NCBI GenBank assembly: GCA_034440375.1
Contig: JAWXBZ010000152.1
Span: 1-40,364 of the forward strand
Direction of reading: 5' to 3'
Length of the DNA: 40,364 bases
Source: Candidatus Eiseniibacteriota bacterium
GTDB lineage: Bacteria; Eisenbacteria; RBG-16-71-46; JABDJR01; JAWXBZ01
This document shows positions 1 to 9,300 of the stretch, piece by piece. How positions within the stretch are numbered: position 1 is the first letter of the stretch; each line of letters opens with the position of its first letter. Below the pieces are notes generated by a model. That model did not search any database. It was not told the DNA's origin and was given only the letters and a program-made list of their open reading frames with translations. The translations under genes and the position numbers were made by a program.

Positions 1-1
1 C

Positions 2-166
2 GGGGGGGAGGTGCTGGTAAGGATCGTGGGGGAGCGGCCGGCTGACGAGGCGGTTCCGACGACGGCTACGCTGGAGGATGCGTACCTGCTGCACGTTGAA
101 TCGTCGTCGAGTGCGGCTCGGGGCACCACCGCGGCTCGCGCCGCGGCGGGTAGTTTGGGTAGTTAG
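2..166 (+). CDS. ABC transporter ATP-binding protein, C-terminal fragment (5' truncated by window edge)
   Basis: Frame 2 reads GGEVLVRIVGERPADEAVPTTATLEDAYLLHVE...* (TAG 164-166). The 'VRIV...P...TLEDAYL' ending is typical of ABC-2 type ATPases, and it lies 5 nt before an ABC permease. Confidence 0.75.
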   Translation, partial: GGEVLVRIVGERPADEAVPTTATLEDAYLLHVESSSSAARGTTAARAAAGSLGS

Positions 167-171
167 CCCGC

Positions 172-1785
172 TTGACGCTGCTTCGCTTCGTCCGCGGCGA
201 TTTTCTCGAGCGCACCCGGAGTTACAGCTTCCTGGTGACGCTGATCGTCATCCTGAGCGGGGCGTCACTCGGCTTGCCGACGAACACGGCCAGCTACGCC
301 ACCGTCGACATGGACGGCTGGCGCGGCCGGTACAATTCCGCCTGGGTTGGTGCGTCGGTGTCGCTTCTGACCAGCCTGTTCCTCTCCCTGGTTGGTTTCT
401 ACCTGGTCAAGAACTCGCTCGAGCGTGATCGACGGACCGGCGTCGGACAGGTCCTGGCCGCAACCCCGCTCTCGCGCTACGGCTACCTCCTGGGCAAGGC
501 GTTGAGCAATGCCGCCGTCCTTGGCGTGCTGGTCGTGGCCGTGATGCTCATGGCCGGCGTCATGCAGGCGCTGCGGAGCGAATCCCGGGTGATCAACCTC
601 GTCGATCTCACGGCGCCGTTCCTGCTGGTGACCATGCCGTTCATGATGCTGGTCGGCGCCCTGGCCGTGCTCTTCGAGGCCGTGCCGTTACTCCGCGGAT
701 CGTTTGGCAACGTGGCGTGGTTTTTCTTCTGGGTCTTCATGCTCGTGGGGCCCGGTGCCGGCAATTCGAACCTTGACCGGGACACCGCCCCCATCTGGAC
801 CGATCCGATGGGCGCCGTCTTTCTGATCGGCGAGATGATGCGTGGAGCCCGCGAGGCGGTGCCGAATTTCAACGGGGACAACATCTCGGTCGGCATCAAT
901 ATCTCGCAAGGCCGGACCCTTCAGACATTCGACTGGCAGGGTATTCGCTGGACCTCGTCGATCCTGGCCGCGCGCTTCCTCTGGCTGCTCTCGATCCTGG
1001 GCGTCACGGCCGCGGCGGTGCCGTTCTTCGATCGCTTCTCAGGTGATGGCACCCGGCCGGGACGGCGCCGCTGGTGGGGTGGTCGTGGTCCGGTAGAAGC
1101 GGCCGGTGACGCGACCGCGACCGATGCCACCGCTCACGCCGCGTTCGCCGCGACGTCACTTACGCCGCTGACCGGGGGAAGGGCGGCGCCCAGGCTTCCC
1201 GGCCTTATTCGGGCCGAGGTGGTACTTCTCCTGAAAGGACAGCCACGCATCTGGTATCTCGTGGCGGCAGGGCTCTCCGTGGCGTGCCTCCTGGCCCCGC
1301 CCGACGCGCGCGCGATCCTGGGCCCGATCGCCTGGATCTGGCCGCTGGCGGTCTGGTCGACGCTCGGGTGTCGCGAGCGGCTCCATGGTACGGAGGCGCT
1401 GCTCGATTCCTCGCCGCACCCGGTGGTGCGGCGGCTCCTGACGCAATGGCTGGCCGGGGCCGGAGTCTCCCTCGTGGCCACGATCGGCCCTGGATTGGCC
1501 GTGATGGGTGATCCATCGCGCCTGGCCGCGTGGTTGGTGGCCGCTCTGTTCGTGCCGGCGCTGGCGCTGGCGGCCGGGGTCATGAGCGGCGGACGTCGAT
1601 TGTTCGAGGGGTTGTACATCCTCCTCTGGTACGTCGGACCGATGAACAAGTTGGCCGACCTGGATTACACTGGACAGACGGAAGGGGCGCTGGCTGCCGG
1701 CACACCGGTCAGGTTCGCCATTGCCGCCATTCTGCTTCTGACCGCGGCCGCGGCCTTCCGTGCGCGCCAACTTCGCTCACGCTGA
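172..1785 (+). CDS. ABC-2 type transporter permease (two-module membrane protein)
   Basis: 537 aa with many TM segments. Motif 'ERDRRTGVGQVLAATPLSR..YLLGK' and a second copy 'RERLHGTEALLDSSPHP'. TTG start is uncertain. Confidence 0.8.
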   Translation: MTLLRFVRGDFLERTRSYSFLVTLIVILSGASLGLPTNTASYATVDMDGWRGRYNSAWVGASVSLLTSLFLSLVGFYLVKNSLERDRRTGVGQVLAATPLSRYGYLLGKALSNAAVLGVLVVAVMLMAGVMQALRSESRVINLVDLTAPFLLVTMPFMMLVGALAVLFEAVPLLRGSFGNVAWFFFWVFMLVGPGAGNSNLDRDTAPIWTDPMGAVFLIGEMMRGAREAVPNFNGDNISVGINISQGRTLQTFDWQGIRWTSSILAARFLWLLSILGVTAAAVPFFDRFSGDGTRPGRRRWWGGRGPVEAAGDATATDATAHAAFAATSLTPLTGGRAAPRLPGLIRAEVVLLLKGQPRIWYLVAAGLSVACLLAPPDARAILGPIAWIWPLAVWSTLGCRERLHGTEALLDSSPHPVVRRLLTQWLAGAGVSLVATIGPGLAVMGDPSRLAAWLVAALFVPALALAAGVMSGGRRLFEGLYILLWYVGPMNKLADLDYTGQTEGALAAGTPVRFAIAAILLLTAAAAFRARQLRSR

Positions 1786-1795
1786 GAGAGACGCC

Positions 1796-2968
1796 ATGGC
1801 TGAACCGAGCATCCGGATTGCCACGCCCGAAGATGTGACGATCCTGTCCGAAAATTCCGCGTGGGCTTTTGGCTCCACGGCCGCCGAGATTGCCCCCTGG
1901 TTCGAACGAATCGGACTCGAAAACATCCGATTGATGACCGAGAACAAGCGCCTTCTGGCCCAGATGGCCTTTGTCTGGATGGGGCAGTACGTCGGTGGTC
2001 GATCCGTTCCGATGGCCGGTGTGGCCGCCGTGGCCGTGCCGCCGGACGCGCGCGGCTACGGTGCCGGCACGAGGATCATGCAGGCCGCGCTGCGGGAAGC
2101 CCGCGCCGCGGGGATGCCGCTGTCCGGCCTGTATCCAGCCACGCAGCCGATCTATCGGAGCGTTGGCTACGAGCAGGCCGGAACGCGCTGGCGGATGAAA
2201 GTTGACGCGGCGAAGATCGACCTGAAAGATCACGCCCTGACAATCGAGCCGATCCGGACTTCGGACGAGCCGGCCATTGCCGACGTGTACCGGGCCAAGG
2301 CCCGCCGTCACGAAGGACACCTGGAACGCAACGAGTACATGTGGCGGAAGATTTTCAAGCCGAAGGGAGAGCCACCGCGCCCCTACAAGGTGATGAACGG
2401 CGATCGAATCGAGGGGTACGTCGTACTATCCAAGCAGACCCGCGAAGGGATGAAGGCGGATTTCAACATTCTCGACATGGCCTCGCTGACACCGGCCGCC
2501 GGGCGACGCATCCTGACGCTCTTCGCCGATCACAAGAGCCTGGCCAACGAGTTCATCTGGTGGGGCGGACCGGATGATCCGCTCCAGTACCAGCTCCGTG
2601 AACAGGAGGCGGATATCGAGGCCTTCATGTTCTGGATGCTGCGGATCCTCGACGTGCCGAAGGCTCTTGAGATGCGTGGGTGGGCCCCGGGAAGGTCGGG
2701 TGAGCTGCACCTCGCGGTAGTGGATGAACTCTTCCCGGAGAACAACGGGCCGTGGCTGCTGTCGGTTGAAGATGGCCGGGCGCAGATGACCCGTGGGGGT
2801 CGTGGTTCGTTCAAGACCACGATTCGTGGATTGGCGCCACTCTATTCCGGCTTCCTGTCGGCCGGCGTGCTGGCCTCGATCGGCTGGATCGAGGCGCCCG
2901 AGGATGAAATTCGAATGGCGGGAGCGCTCTTTTCCGGGCCCGCCCCCTGGATGCCGGACATGTACTAG
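1796..2968 (+). CDS. eis: Eis-family GNAT N-acetyltransferase with C-terminal SCP2-like domain
   Basis: Acetyl-CoA motif 'VAVPPDARGYGAG', 'LYPATQPIYRSVGYE', 'MLRILDVPKALEMRGW', 'VVDELFPENNGPW', 'LAPLYSG'. ATG 1796 follows GAGAG; the ORF track extends to 1760. Confidence 0.85.
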   Translation: MAEPSIRIATPEDVTILSENSAWAFGSTAAEIAPWFERIGLENIRLMTENKRLLAQMAFVWMGQYVGGRSVPMAGVAAVAVPPDARGYGAGTRIMQAALREARAAGMPLSGLYPATQPIYRSVGYEQAGTRWRMKVDAAKIDLKDHALTIEPIRTSDEPAIADVYRAKARRHEGHLERNEYMWRKIFKPKGEPPRPYKVMNGDRIEGYVVLSKQTREGMKADFNILDMASLTPAAGRRILTLFADHKSLANEFIWWGGPDDPLQYQLREQEADIEAFMFWMLRILDVPKALEMRGWAPGRSGELHLAVVDELFPENNGPWLLSVEDGRAQMTRGGRGSFKTTIRGLAPLYSGFLSAGVLASIGWIEAPEDEIRMAGALFSGPAPWMPDMY

Positions 2969-4473
2969 CGCCGCTGCGCCGCCTCCGTCGCCCGCGCGAT
3001 CCCCCGCAGCATCCCCTGAAACACGATGCCGTGGAACGGCGATACCACCCACCAGTAAAGAAGGCCAAAGAGGCCGCGCGGCCGGAAGCGGGCGATCTGT
3101 GTGAGGCGGGAGCACCCGCCGTCAACTGGCTCGACCAGGAATTCCAGGAGTGCCTCACCAGGGAGTCGCATTTCGGCGCGGAGGGCGATCCGCCGGTCGG
3201 ATTCGACGCCGGTCACGCGCCAGAAATCGAGCGCCTCCCCGTAGGCCAGCTGCGTCGGATTGCGCCGACCCCGCCTGAGACCGGGCCCCCCCACCATGAG
3301 GTCCAGCCAACCGCGGGCACGCCAGAGCCAGTGAGAGGAATACCAGCCATTCTTGCCGCCCAGACGGCTCAGGGTGCCAAAGAGCTCGTGCGGCGTGGCG
3401 CGGACTTCAATTTGCCGTTGATCGACGAACGTCTGCCCGCCGGCCCAGTCCGGATCGCCGGGAATGACCCCGGCCGCCGACCAGCTGGTTTCAACCTCCC
3501 CACGCTCGAGGTGCACCAGAGCCGCCTGGATTGACTCGCGCACCGTTAGCAGTGATTGAGGCATCAGCCGGTGAGCCTCGTCGTCGCCCGCCACGACCCG
3601 ATTCTTCAACCCTTCCGCCAGGGGGCCTGCGATTTGCCGGGAAAGCGGGGTGATCAGGTGGATCCAGAGCGAGCTGAGCTTCGGCGTCAAGAACGGCACC
3701 GGGATGACCAGGCGGCGGGCCACGTGCAGTTCCTCGGCCATGATCCGCATGATGTCGTGATAGGAGAAAATATCCGGGCCACCGATATCGAGTGTCCGTC
3801 CGGATGTGGCCGGCACATCGGGCGCCGCCACGAGGTAGTGGAGGACGTTTCGAATGGCGATCGGCTGGCACTCCGTCCGCACCCAGCGCGGCGTGATCAT
3901 GACCGGCAGCCGTTCCACGAGGTAGCGAAGGATTTCAAAGCTGGCCGAGCCGGAGCCGATGATCATGGCCGCCCGGAGCGTGGTGACCGGTGTCGGTCCA
4001 TCGGCCAGGATCCGCGCCACCTCGATGCGCGAAGCGAGGTGGCGGGAGAGACCTTCTCCGGTTTCGCCGAGCCCGCCGAGGTAGATGATCTGCCGGACTC
4101 CGGCGGCGCCGGCGGCTGCCGCAAATCGAGCCGCCATCTGCCGATCCTTCTCGACGTAGCCGGCCCCGGCCGAGATCATCGAGTGGATGAGGTAATAGGC
4201 TACCTGGCAGCCGCGAAGGGCTTCGGTGAGGAGGTCGGGTGGTGCTGGGGCGGGGGCCGTGAGAGGGGTGCCGGTCGCGGCGTCCAGGCCCCCGGCGATG
4301 AGGGTGACTCGCGGATCCCGTGACCAGGTCCGATCGGCCAGCTTGGCCGGTGAGCGTGCCAGGCACCGGACCGACCAGCCGGCATCGAGCAACCGGGGGA
4401 CCAGGCGGCCACCGATGTAGCCGGTGGCGCCGGTGACGAAGGCGAGGCGGGAAGATTCAGTTGTCATGCGCAT
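2965..4473 (-). CDS. ybjT: YbjT-like atypical SDR (NAD(P)-binding) with C-terminal DUF2867 domain
   Basis: 'VTGATGYIGGRL' Rossmann motif, 'YYLIHSM', 'LRAAMIIGSGSASFE', and C-terminal 'LDFWRV...LRAEMRLPGEA.LEF...GLFGLLYW'. Confidence 0.88.
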   Translation of the reverse strand: MRMTTESSRLAFVTGATGYIGGRLVPRLLDAGWSVRCLARSPAKLADRTWSRDPRVTLIAGGLDAATGTPLTAPAPAPPDLLTEALRGCQVAYYLIHSMISAGAGYVEKDRQMAARFAAAAGAAGVRQIIYLGGLGETGEGLSRHLASRIEVARILADGPTPVTTLRAAMIIGSGSASFEILRYLVERLPVMITPRWVRTECQPIAIRNVLHYLVAAPDVPATSGRTLDIGGPDIFSYHDIMRIMAEELHVARRLVIPVPFLTPKLSSLWIHLITPLSRQIAGPLAEGLKNRVVAGDDEAHRLMPQSLLTVRESIQAALVHLERGEVETSWSAAGVIPGDPDWAGGQTFVDQRQIEVRATPHELFGTLSRLGGKNGWYSSHWLWRARGWLDLMVGGPGLRRGRRNPTQLAYGEALDFWRVTGVESDRRIALRAEMRLPGEALLEFLVEPVDGGCSRLTQIARFRPRGLFGLLYWWVVSPFHGIVFQGMLRGIARATEAAQRR

Positions 4474-4480
4474 GAGAGTG

Positions 4481-4486
4481 AATATA
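4481..4486 (-). promoter_or_regulatory. Candidate sigma70 -10 box (TATATT) 7 nt before the ybjT-like ATG (leaderless type)
   Basis: Minus strand reads TATATT-cactctc-ATG(4473), with no SD sequence. Confidence 0.5.
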
Positions 4487-4651
4487 CGTCATCGGGATTC
4501 CGGTGATTCGCCCAACTCGTTCCGGAACGAGTTGAAGCGGCGCAACCCGCGGGTTCTTGTCTCCACCAGATGCGTTATCATTCCATGTCCGCCGACTCTC
4601 CAGTTCGTCCGGGCGGATGACGATGATGACCTATCTAGGGGAGCGAATGGC

Positions 4652-5797
4652 ATGGTCAAGGACAAGAACGACATCACGGTCGACAAGCTTCGGGAATGGC
4701 TGGAAAAGGGGAAGGCTGTTTCCGTGCTCGATGTTCGACCGACCGCGGAGTGGGCCGAGTGGTCGATTCCTGGCAGCATTCATCTCGATGCCTACCAGAA
4801 GCTCTGGGACAGCGATCCTTTGGCCCTGGCCGGCGTGGCCTTGCCGGCCGACGTTCCCGTCGTGGCGGTCTGTTCCAAGGGGAGGACCAGCCAGCTGGCC
4901 CGCGAGCGCCTCGAAGCCGCGGGGTACAAGGCCTATTCGCTGGTCGGCGGAATGAAATCGTGGAGCCTGGCCTGGAACATGGCCGAGGTACCGGTGAGCG
5001 CCGGCCGGGGCGAGGCGTCGAACGGTTCGGACGACGTCACCGTGCTTCAGTTCCGGCGGACGGGAAAGGGTTGCCTCTCGTACCTGGTCGCCGCGGGCGG
5101 GCGCGCCGTGGTCATCGACCCGTCGCTCGATCCCAAGGTGTACCTTGAGGCGGCGGCGAAACGGGGCTGGAAGATCGCGGCCAGCCTGGACACGCATGTC
5201 CACGCCGATCACCTCAGCCGGGCCAGGGCCATTGAAAAACTTACCGGTGCGCCGGTTGCCCTGCCGGAAACAACCCGCGTCAGCTATCCCCACCAGGCCG
5301 TCCGCGACAGCGACGCCCTTCCGCTAAGTTCCGCGGTGGCGCTCACCGCGATGCGCACGCCAGGCCACACGCCGGAAAGCGTCTGCTGGCGGCTCGATAA
5401 TCGCATCCTCTTTACCGGCGACACCCTCTTTGTGGATGCCGTCGGCCGGCCCGACCTGGCGGCCAACGCGAAGGGTGCCGAGCAGCGGGCGCATGCCCTC
5501 TGGAGAAGCCTTGAGCATCTCTTCACGCTGCCGCCGGGCCTCCTGGTGCTGCCGGCTCACACCGACCGCCCGGTGCCGTTTGACCGCAAGCCCATCATGG
5601 CCACGCTCGGTCAGGTTCGGGAGGCGGTCTCGAGCCTCCCCAGAGGCGAGAAGGATTTCGTGGCGGCGCTGCTCAGCCGGATTCCGCCGCCGCCTCCCAG
5701 CTATGATGAGATCGTCAAATTCAACGAGAAGGGGACGTTTCCCCCCGGCGATCCCACTGACCTGGAAGCCGGCGCCAACCGTTGCGCGGTGAAATAG
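4652..5797 (+). CDS. Rhodanese / metallo-beta-lactamase-fold fusion (persulfide dioxygenase-like, YrkH type)
   Basis: N-terminal rhodanese ('LDVRP..EW....IPGS', active loop 'CSKGRTS', 'SLVGGMKSW'). MBL motifs 'THVHADH', 'TPGHT', 'FTGDTLF', 'LPAH'; C-terminal 'EAGANRCAV'. ATG 4652 follows AGGGGAG. Confidence 0.88.
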   Translation: MVKDKNDITVDKLREWLEKGKAVSVLDVRPTAEWAEWSIPGSIHLDAYQKLWDSDPLALAGVALPADVPVVAVCSKGRTSQLARERLEAAGYKAYSLVGGMKSWSLAWNMAEVPVSAGRGEASNGSDDVTVLQFRRTGKGCLSYLVAAGGRAVVIDPSLDPKVYLEAAAKRGWKIAASLDTHVHADHLSRARAIEKLTGAPVALPETTRVSYPHQAVRDSDALPLSSAVALTAMRTPGHTPESVCWRLDNRILFTGDTLFVDAVGRPDLAANAKGAEQRAHALWRSLEHLFTLPPGLLVLPAHTDRPVPFDRKPIMATLGQVREAVSSLPRGEKDFVAALLSRIPPPPPSYDEIVKFNEKGTFPPGDPTDLEAGANRCAVK

Positions 5798-6017
5798 GGC
5801 TGTAAGCCCCCCGCGACCGTCGTCCGCGGGTCACGATAGTCCGCGGATTCGCTGCGACTTTTTTCGGTCGCCGCGTGTCTCCGGGTCGGACTGGACGGAT
5901 CGACTATTCCAATCCCGCGATGCAGAACCTGAACTCCGAGTGACCATCCGTGACATCCGACGACCAGACCGTCCGTTGGGAACGACTGCTCGCAGCCCTC
6001 TCGCCATTCCCTGACAT

Positions 6018-6050
6018 CGGGCGGCTCGCGACGCGGACCGCCCGTTTTAT
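6018..6050 (+). terminator. Intrinsic terminator-like hairpin between the convergent rhodanese-MBL gene and ispH
   Basis: CGGGCGG (6018-6024) pairs with CCGCCCG (6038-6044), followed by TTTTAT. Confidence 0.5.
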
Positions 6051-7106
6051 TCAGCCCCCCGAAGGTCGGGCCCGCCCCCCGGCGGAGCGTCCTGCCGAGA
6101 GGAGCAGCATCTCGCCGCGCGGATCGTGCTGGAGATCGTCCAGCAGATTCTTCGGCAGGTTGAAGTTGACCGCCTCGGGGATGACCTCGATCTCGAGCAC
6201 CTGGCCTCCCTCCGAGCGAAGGCGCGAGAGGACCTCTTCCACCAGGTACTCGGGCGTCGAGGCACCGGCGGTGACTCCGATGCGGCCGACGCCTGAGAGC
6301 CACTCCGGCTGAATGTCCAGGGCGGTGTCGATCAGGAAGGAGCGGACGCCCCGATTTTCGCCCACCTCGCGCAGGCGATTGGAGTTGCTGCTCTGCCTCG
6401 AGCCGACCACCAACAGCAGGTCGATCTTCGGGACCACCGCCTTGACCGCATTCTGGCGGTTCTGCGTGGCGTAGCAGATGCTGTCGGACGACGGGGATCG
6501 AAGGCTCGGAAATCGCGCCTTGAGGGCGAGCACCGTCTCGGCGCACTCATCGAGCGACAGCGTGGTCTGCGTCAGGTAGGCCACCCGCTCCGGGTCGGCG
6601 ACCACAAGGTCCGCCACCTCGGCGGCACTCTGCACCAGGACGACGGAGCGGGGCACGTGCCCCATCGTTCCCTCCACCTCGGTATGTCCGCGATGACCGA
6701 TCAGGACGATGGTGTAACCGTCCTTCTCCATCCGGAGCGCCTCGAGGTGGACTTTCGTGACCAGCGGACAGGTGGCGTCGATAACCCGCAGGCGCCGCGC
6801 GGCAGCCACCTCGCGCACCGAAGGCGACACCCCGTGGGCCGAGAGGACCAGGACCGACTCTTCCGGGACGCCCGTCAGCTCTTCCACGAAAACAGCGCCG
6901 CGTTCGCGCAGGGCACTGACGACGTGGCTGTTGTGAACGATCTCATGACGGACATAAACCGGCGGACCATAGAGCTCGAGTGCCAGATCGACGATGTCGA
7001 TGGCCCGGTCGACACCGGCGCAGTAGCCGCGTGGACGCGCCAGAATGATTTCCACCCGGGGTTCGGTGGTTGGCATCGAGGTGTCATTGGAATCCGGTGT
7101 GGTCAT
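6051..7106 (-). CDS. ispH: 4-hydroxy-3-methylbut-2-enyl diphosphate reductase
   Basis: 'PRGYCAGVDRAI', 'HEIVHN', 'SAHGVSP', 'DATCPLVTKVH', 'HTEVEG', 'TQTTLS', 'ICYATQNRQ', 'SSNSNRL', 'TAGASTP'; all three Fe-S cysteines are present. Confidence 0.97.
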   Translation of the reverse strand: MTTPDSNDTSMPTTEPRVEIILARPRGYCAGVDRAIDIVDLALELYGPPVYVRHEIVHNSHVVSALRERGAVFVEELTGVPEESVLVLSAHGVSPSVREVAAARRLRVIDATCPLVTKVHLEALRMEKDGYTIVLIGHRGHTEVEGTMGHVPRSVVLVQSAAEVADLVVADPERVAYLTQTTLSLDECAETVLALKARFPSLRSPSSDSICYATQNRQNAVKAVVPKIDLLLVVGSRQSSNSNRLREVGENRGVRSFLIDTALDIQPEWLSGVGRIGVTAGASTPEYLVEEVLSRLRSEGGQVLEIEVIPEAVNFNLPKNLLDDLQHDPRGEMLLLSAGRSAGGRARPSGG

Positions 7107-7115
7107 GACACGGGG

Positions 7116-7124
7116 ATGATATCA
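7116..7124 (-). promoter_or_regulatory. Candidate extended -10 (TGaTATCAT) 9 nt before the ispH ATG
   Basis: Minus strand reads TGA-TATCAT-ccccgtgtc-ATG(7106), with no SD. Confidence 0.5.
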
Positions 7125-7212
7125 GGCCGACCCGCGCGGCGGCAGTCGCCGGTGGATCCAGGCGCAGGTCTCGCGCGAGCGGGCCCTCCAGTGGTCAACC
7201 CGGTGGGGCATC

Positions 7213-7221
7213 TGCTACTTT
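7213..7221 (+). promoter_or_regulatory. Candidate extended -10 (TGcTACTTT) for the TPR gene
   Basis: TGn-TAnnnT match about 70 nt upstream of the GTG start; no convincing -35. Confidence 0.3.
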
Positions 7222-7292
7222 GGAACAGGTTGGGGCGATGCCTTCGGCGGACGTGATGGTCGCGCCCCTGTCTCTTGATCATCGAGGTCGCT

Positions 7293-8951
7293 GTGTCGTT
7301 TCTCACCCGGATATTCGGTTCACGAACGAACGAGCACTACACGCGTGGCATCGTTCACTTCAATCGCCATGAGTATGACGATGCGGTCCGTGAGTTCGAG
7401 CAGGCGGTCACCGAGATTCGTGACCACGCCGACCCCGATTACGAGCTGGCCCGGTTCTACTCGGCTGAAGCCCACGCCAAGCTGGGCCTGGCTCGCCTGC
7501 GCACCGGCGACCGTGCGGCCGCCGAGATCGAATTCCGGCAGGCGCTCGAGGTCTCAGACCAGTTTCCCGACCTTCACTATCACCTGGGCGTTCTGGCGGA
7601 GCAGGACGGCCGGCCGGAGGAGGCCGAGCAGCGGCTGCGCCACGCCCTCGATATCCACCCTGATTATGTCGAGGCCCGGTGCTACCTGGGGCTGACGCTG
7701 CTCAGCGTGGGACGATCCGACGAGGCGCGTGCGGAGATCGAGGAAGCGGCCCGTCGGGGATTGCCGCTGCCGGAGGGCTTTTCGCTGCTTCCGGCCGTCG
7801 ATGTACCGGCGGCGCTGATCGACGACCTGCGCGAACAGATTGAGAAGCAATCCATCGGTTCCATGGTTCTCTCGAATGCTCTCGAAAGCTATTCGGTCGG
7901 ACAGGTGACCTCGGCCATCGCGGAGTTGGAGGCCGCTGTCCGGGAACACCCGACGTACGCGGATCTGCGTTGTCGGCTCGGGCGCCTCCTGGCCGAGACT
8001 GGCCGCCACGAAGAGGCGCTGACGGAATTCGGAGCCGCCCTCGACATCAATCCCGCATACGGCGAGGCTCTGCTCAGCGAGGGAATTGCCCGTTTGCGCC
8101 TCGGGCAGTTCGGCCCCGCGGTCGATTCCCTCTCCCGGGCCGTGGCGGTGGCCCCTCGCTTCGCGGATATCCACTATTACCTTGGCCTGGCCCTCCTCAA
8201 GCATGGTGATCCGATCGGGGCCCGCGCCGCATTCGCCGCAGCCCTGCTCATCAATCCAGGGTACCAGCGCGCGCGTTTTTACCAGGGGCTGGCGGCATTT
8301 CTGTCCGGTGACGAGGCATCCGGCCTGGACGACGTGCGCGCCTCGATCGATGGACAGATGCGATTCCTGCCGGGCGCGGTCGATCTCGGATCGGTCCTCC
8401 TGAAACGCGGCGAGTACGACAGCGCGGTGCAGCATTTCGAGCGGGCTGTTTCGATCCACCCGGATTTTGCCGATCTCCAGTTCGGCCTGGGTGCGGCCTG
8501 CCTGGGGGCCGGAAAACTGGAAGCAAGTGTTGTCGCGTTTCGGCGCGCCATCGAGATCAACGGGCGCTTCATGCAGGCGCATCTGCACCTGGGAAAATCG
8601 CTGGCGGCGTTCCAGGACCTGGCCGGCGCGAAGGCCGCCTTCGAGCGGGTACTCGAACTGGATCCGAAGCTGGCTGATGCCTGGTGCCTCCTGGCCCAGA
8701 CGGAAGTGCGACTGGAGGGTCTGCGGAGCGCCGAAGCGGCCTACCGTCGGGCGCTGACCATCAACGCCAATTACGTGGCGGCGCTCCTGGGGTTGGGGAG
8801 TCTGCTGTCGCGACGGGGGGAAATGATTGAGGCGGAGCAGGTGCTGTCACGGGTTCTGACGATTGACCCGCTGAATTCCGCGGCGCGGACACTGCTGTCG
8901 CCGCTGCCGCCCGAGGCTTTGGATGGTGCCTCGGGGGCATTGGAAATCTGA
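7293..8951 (+). CDS. Tetratricopeptide repeat protein (many tandem TPRs)
   Basis: Repeated 34-aa units such as 'PDLHYHLG....G..EEA....RHALDIHPDY.EAR.YLG' and 'FADIHYYLG'. Likely GTG start at 7293 after GAGG; the ORF track starts at 7275. Confidence 0.88.
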   Translation: MSFLTRIFGSRTNEHYTRGIVHFNRHEYDDAVREFEQAVTEIRDHADPDYELARFYSAEAHAKLGLARLRTGDRAAAEIEFRQALEVSDQFPDLHYHLGVLAEQDGRPEEAEQRLRHALDIHPDYVEARCYLGLTLLSVGRSDEARAEIEEAARRGLPLPEGFSLLPAVDVPAALIDDLREQIEKQSIGSMVLSNALESYSVGQVTSAIAELEAAVREHPTYADLRCRLGRLLAETGRHEEALTEFGAALDINPAYGEALLSEGIARLRLGQFGPAVDSLSRAVAVAPRFADIHYYLGLALLKHGDPIGARAAFAAALLINPGYQRARFYQGLAAFLSGDEASGLDDVRASIDGQMRFLPGAVDLGSVLLKRGEYDSAVQHFERAVSIHPDFADLQFGLGAACLGAGKLEASVVAFRRAIEINGRFMQAHLHLGKSLAAFQDLAGAKAAFERVLELDPKLADAWCLLAQTEVRLEGLRSAEAAYRRALTINANYVAALLGLGSLLSRRGEMIEAEQVLSRVLTIDPLNSAARTLLSPLPPEALDGASGALEI

Positions 8952-8952
8952 A

Positions 8953-9168
8953 TCAGGCCGTGGCGGGCGCCGATTTCCGGGTGTTCTTGGCCACGAGGTT
9001 CGAGCGCAGGCAACGGGTGCAGACCCGCATGCGGACCGGTGTCCCTTCCTTCAGGGCCCGGACGCTCTGCAGATTCGGGTACCAGCGGCGGTTGGAAACG
9101 TTGTGGGCGTGGCTGACCTTGTGGCCCCACTGGGAACCCTTGCCGCAGACTTCGCAATTTCTAGCCAT
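8953..9168 (-). CDS. rpmB: 50S ribosomal protein L28 (zinc-ribbon, four-Cys form)
   Basis: [34 protein letters not shown]...[11 protein letters not shown] 9168 with a GGAG SD. Confidence 0.97.
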   Translation of the reverse strand: MARNCEVCGKGSQWGHKVSHAHNVSNRRWYPNLQSVRALKEGTPVRMRVCTRCLRSNLVAKNTRKSAPATA

Positions 9169-9264
9169 TGAGTACACTCCTACGGTGCGCCGGGCCGGAG
9201 ACAGAAACCGGCGAACTCGGACGATTTTGAATCGACCGGCGCCTGGCCGGTTCAAAGCCCGGAA

Positions 9265-9293
9265 AATCTATCACAACCTTCACTTACGATCAA
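9265..9293 (-). promoter_or_regulatory. sigma70-type promoter for rpmB
   Basis: Minus strand TTGATC-N17-TAGATT with an extended TG (TGaTAGATT). Confidence 0.6.
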
Positions 9294-9300
9294 GCTGAAC

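Noticed and set aside
1-171. G/T-skewed composition and G7 run at the window start
   Set aside because: It translates as a normal ABC ATPase C-terminus; the skew may reflect contig-edge quality, not a feature.
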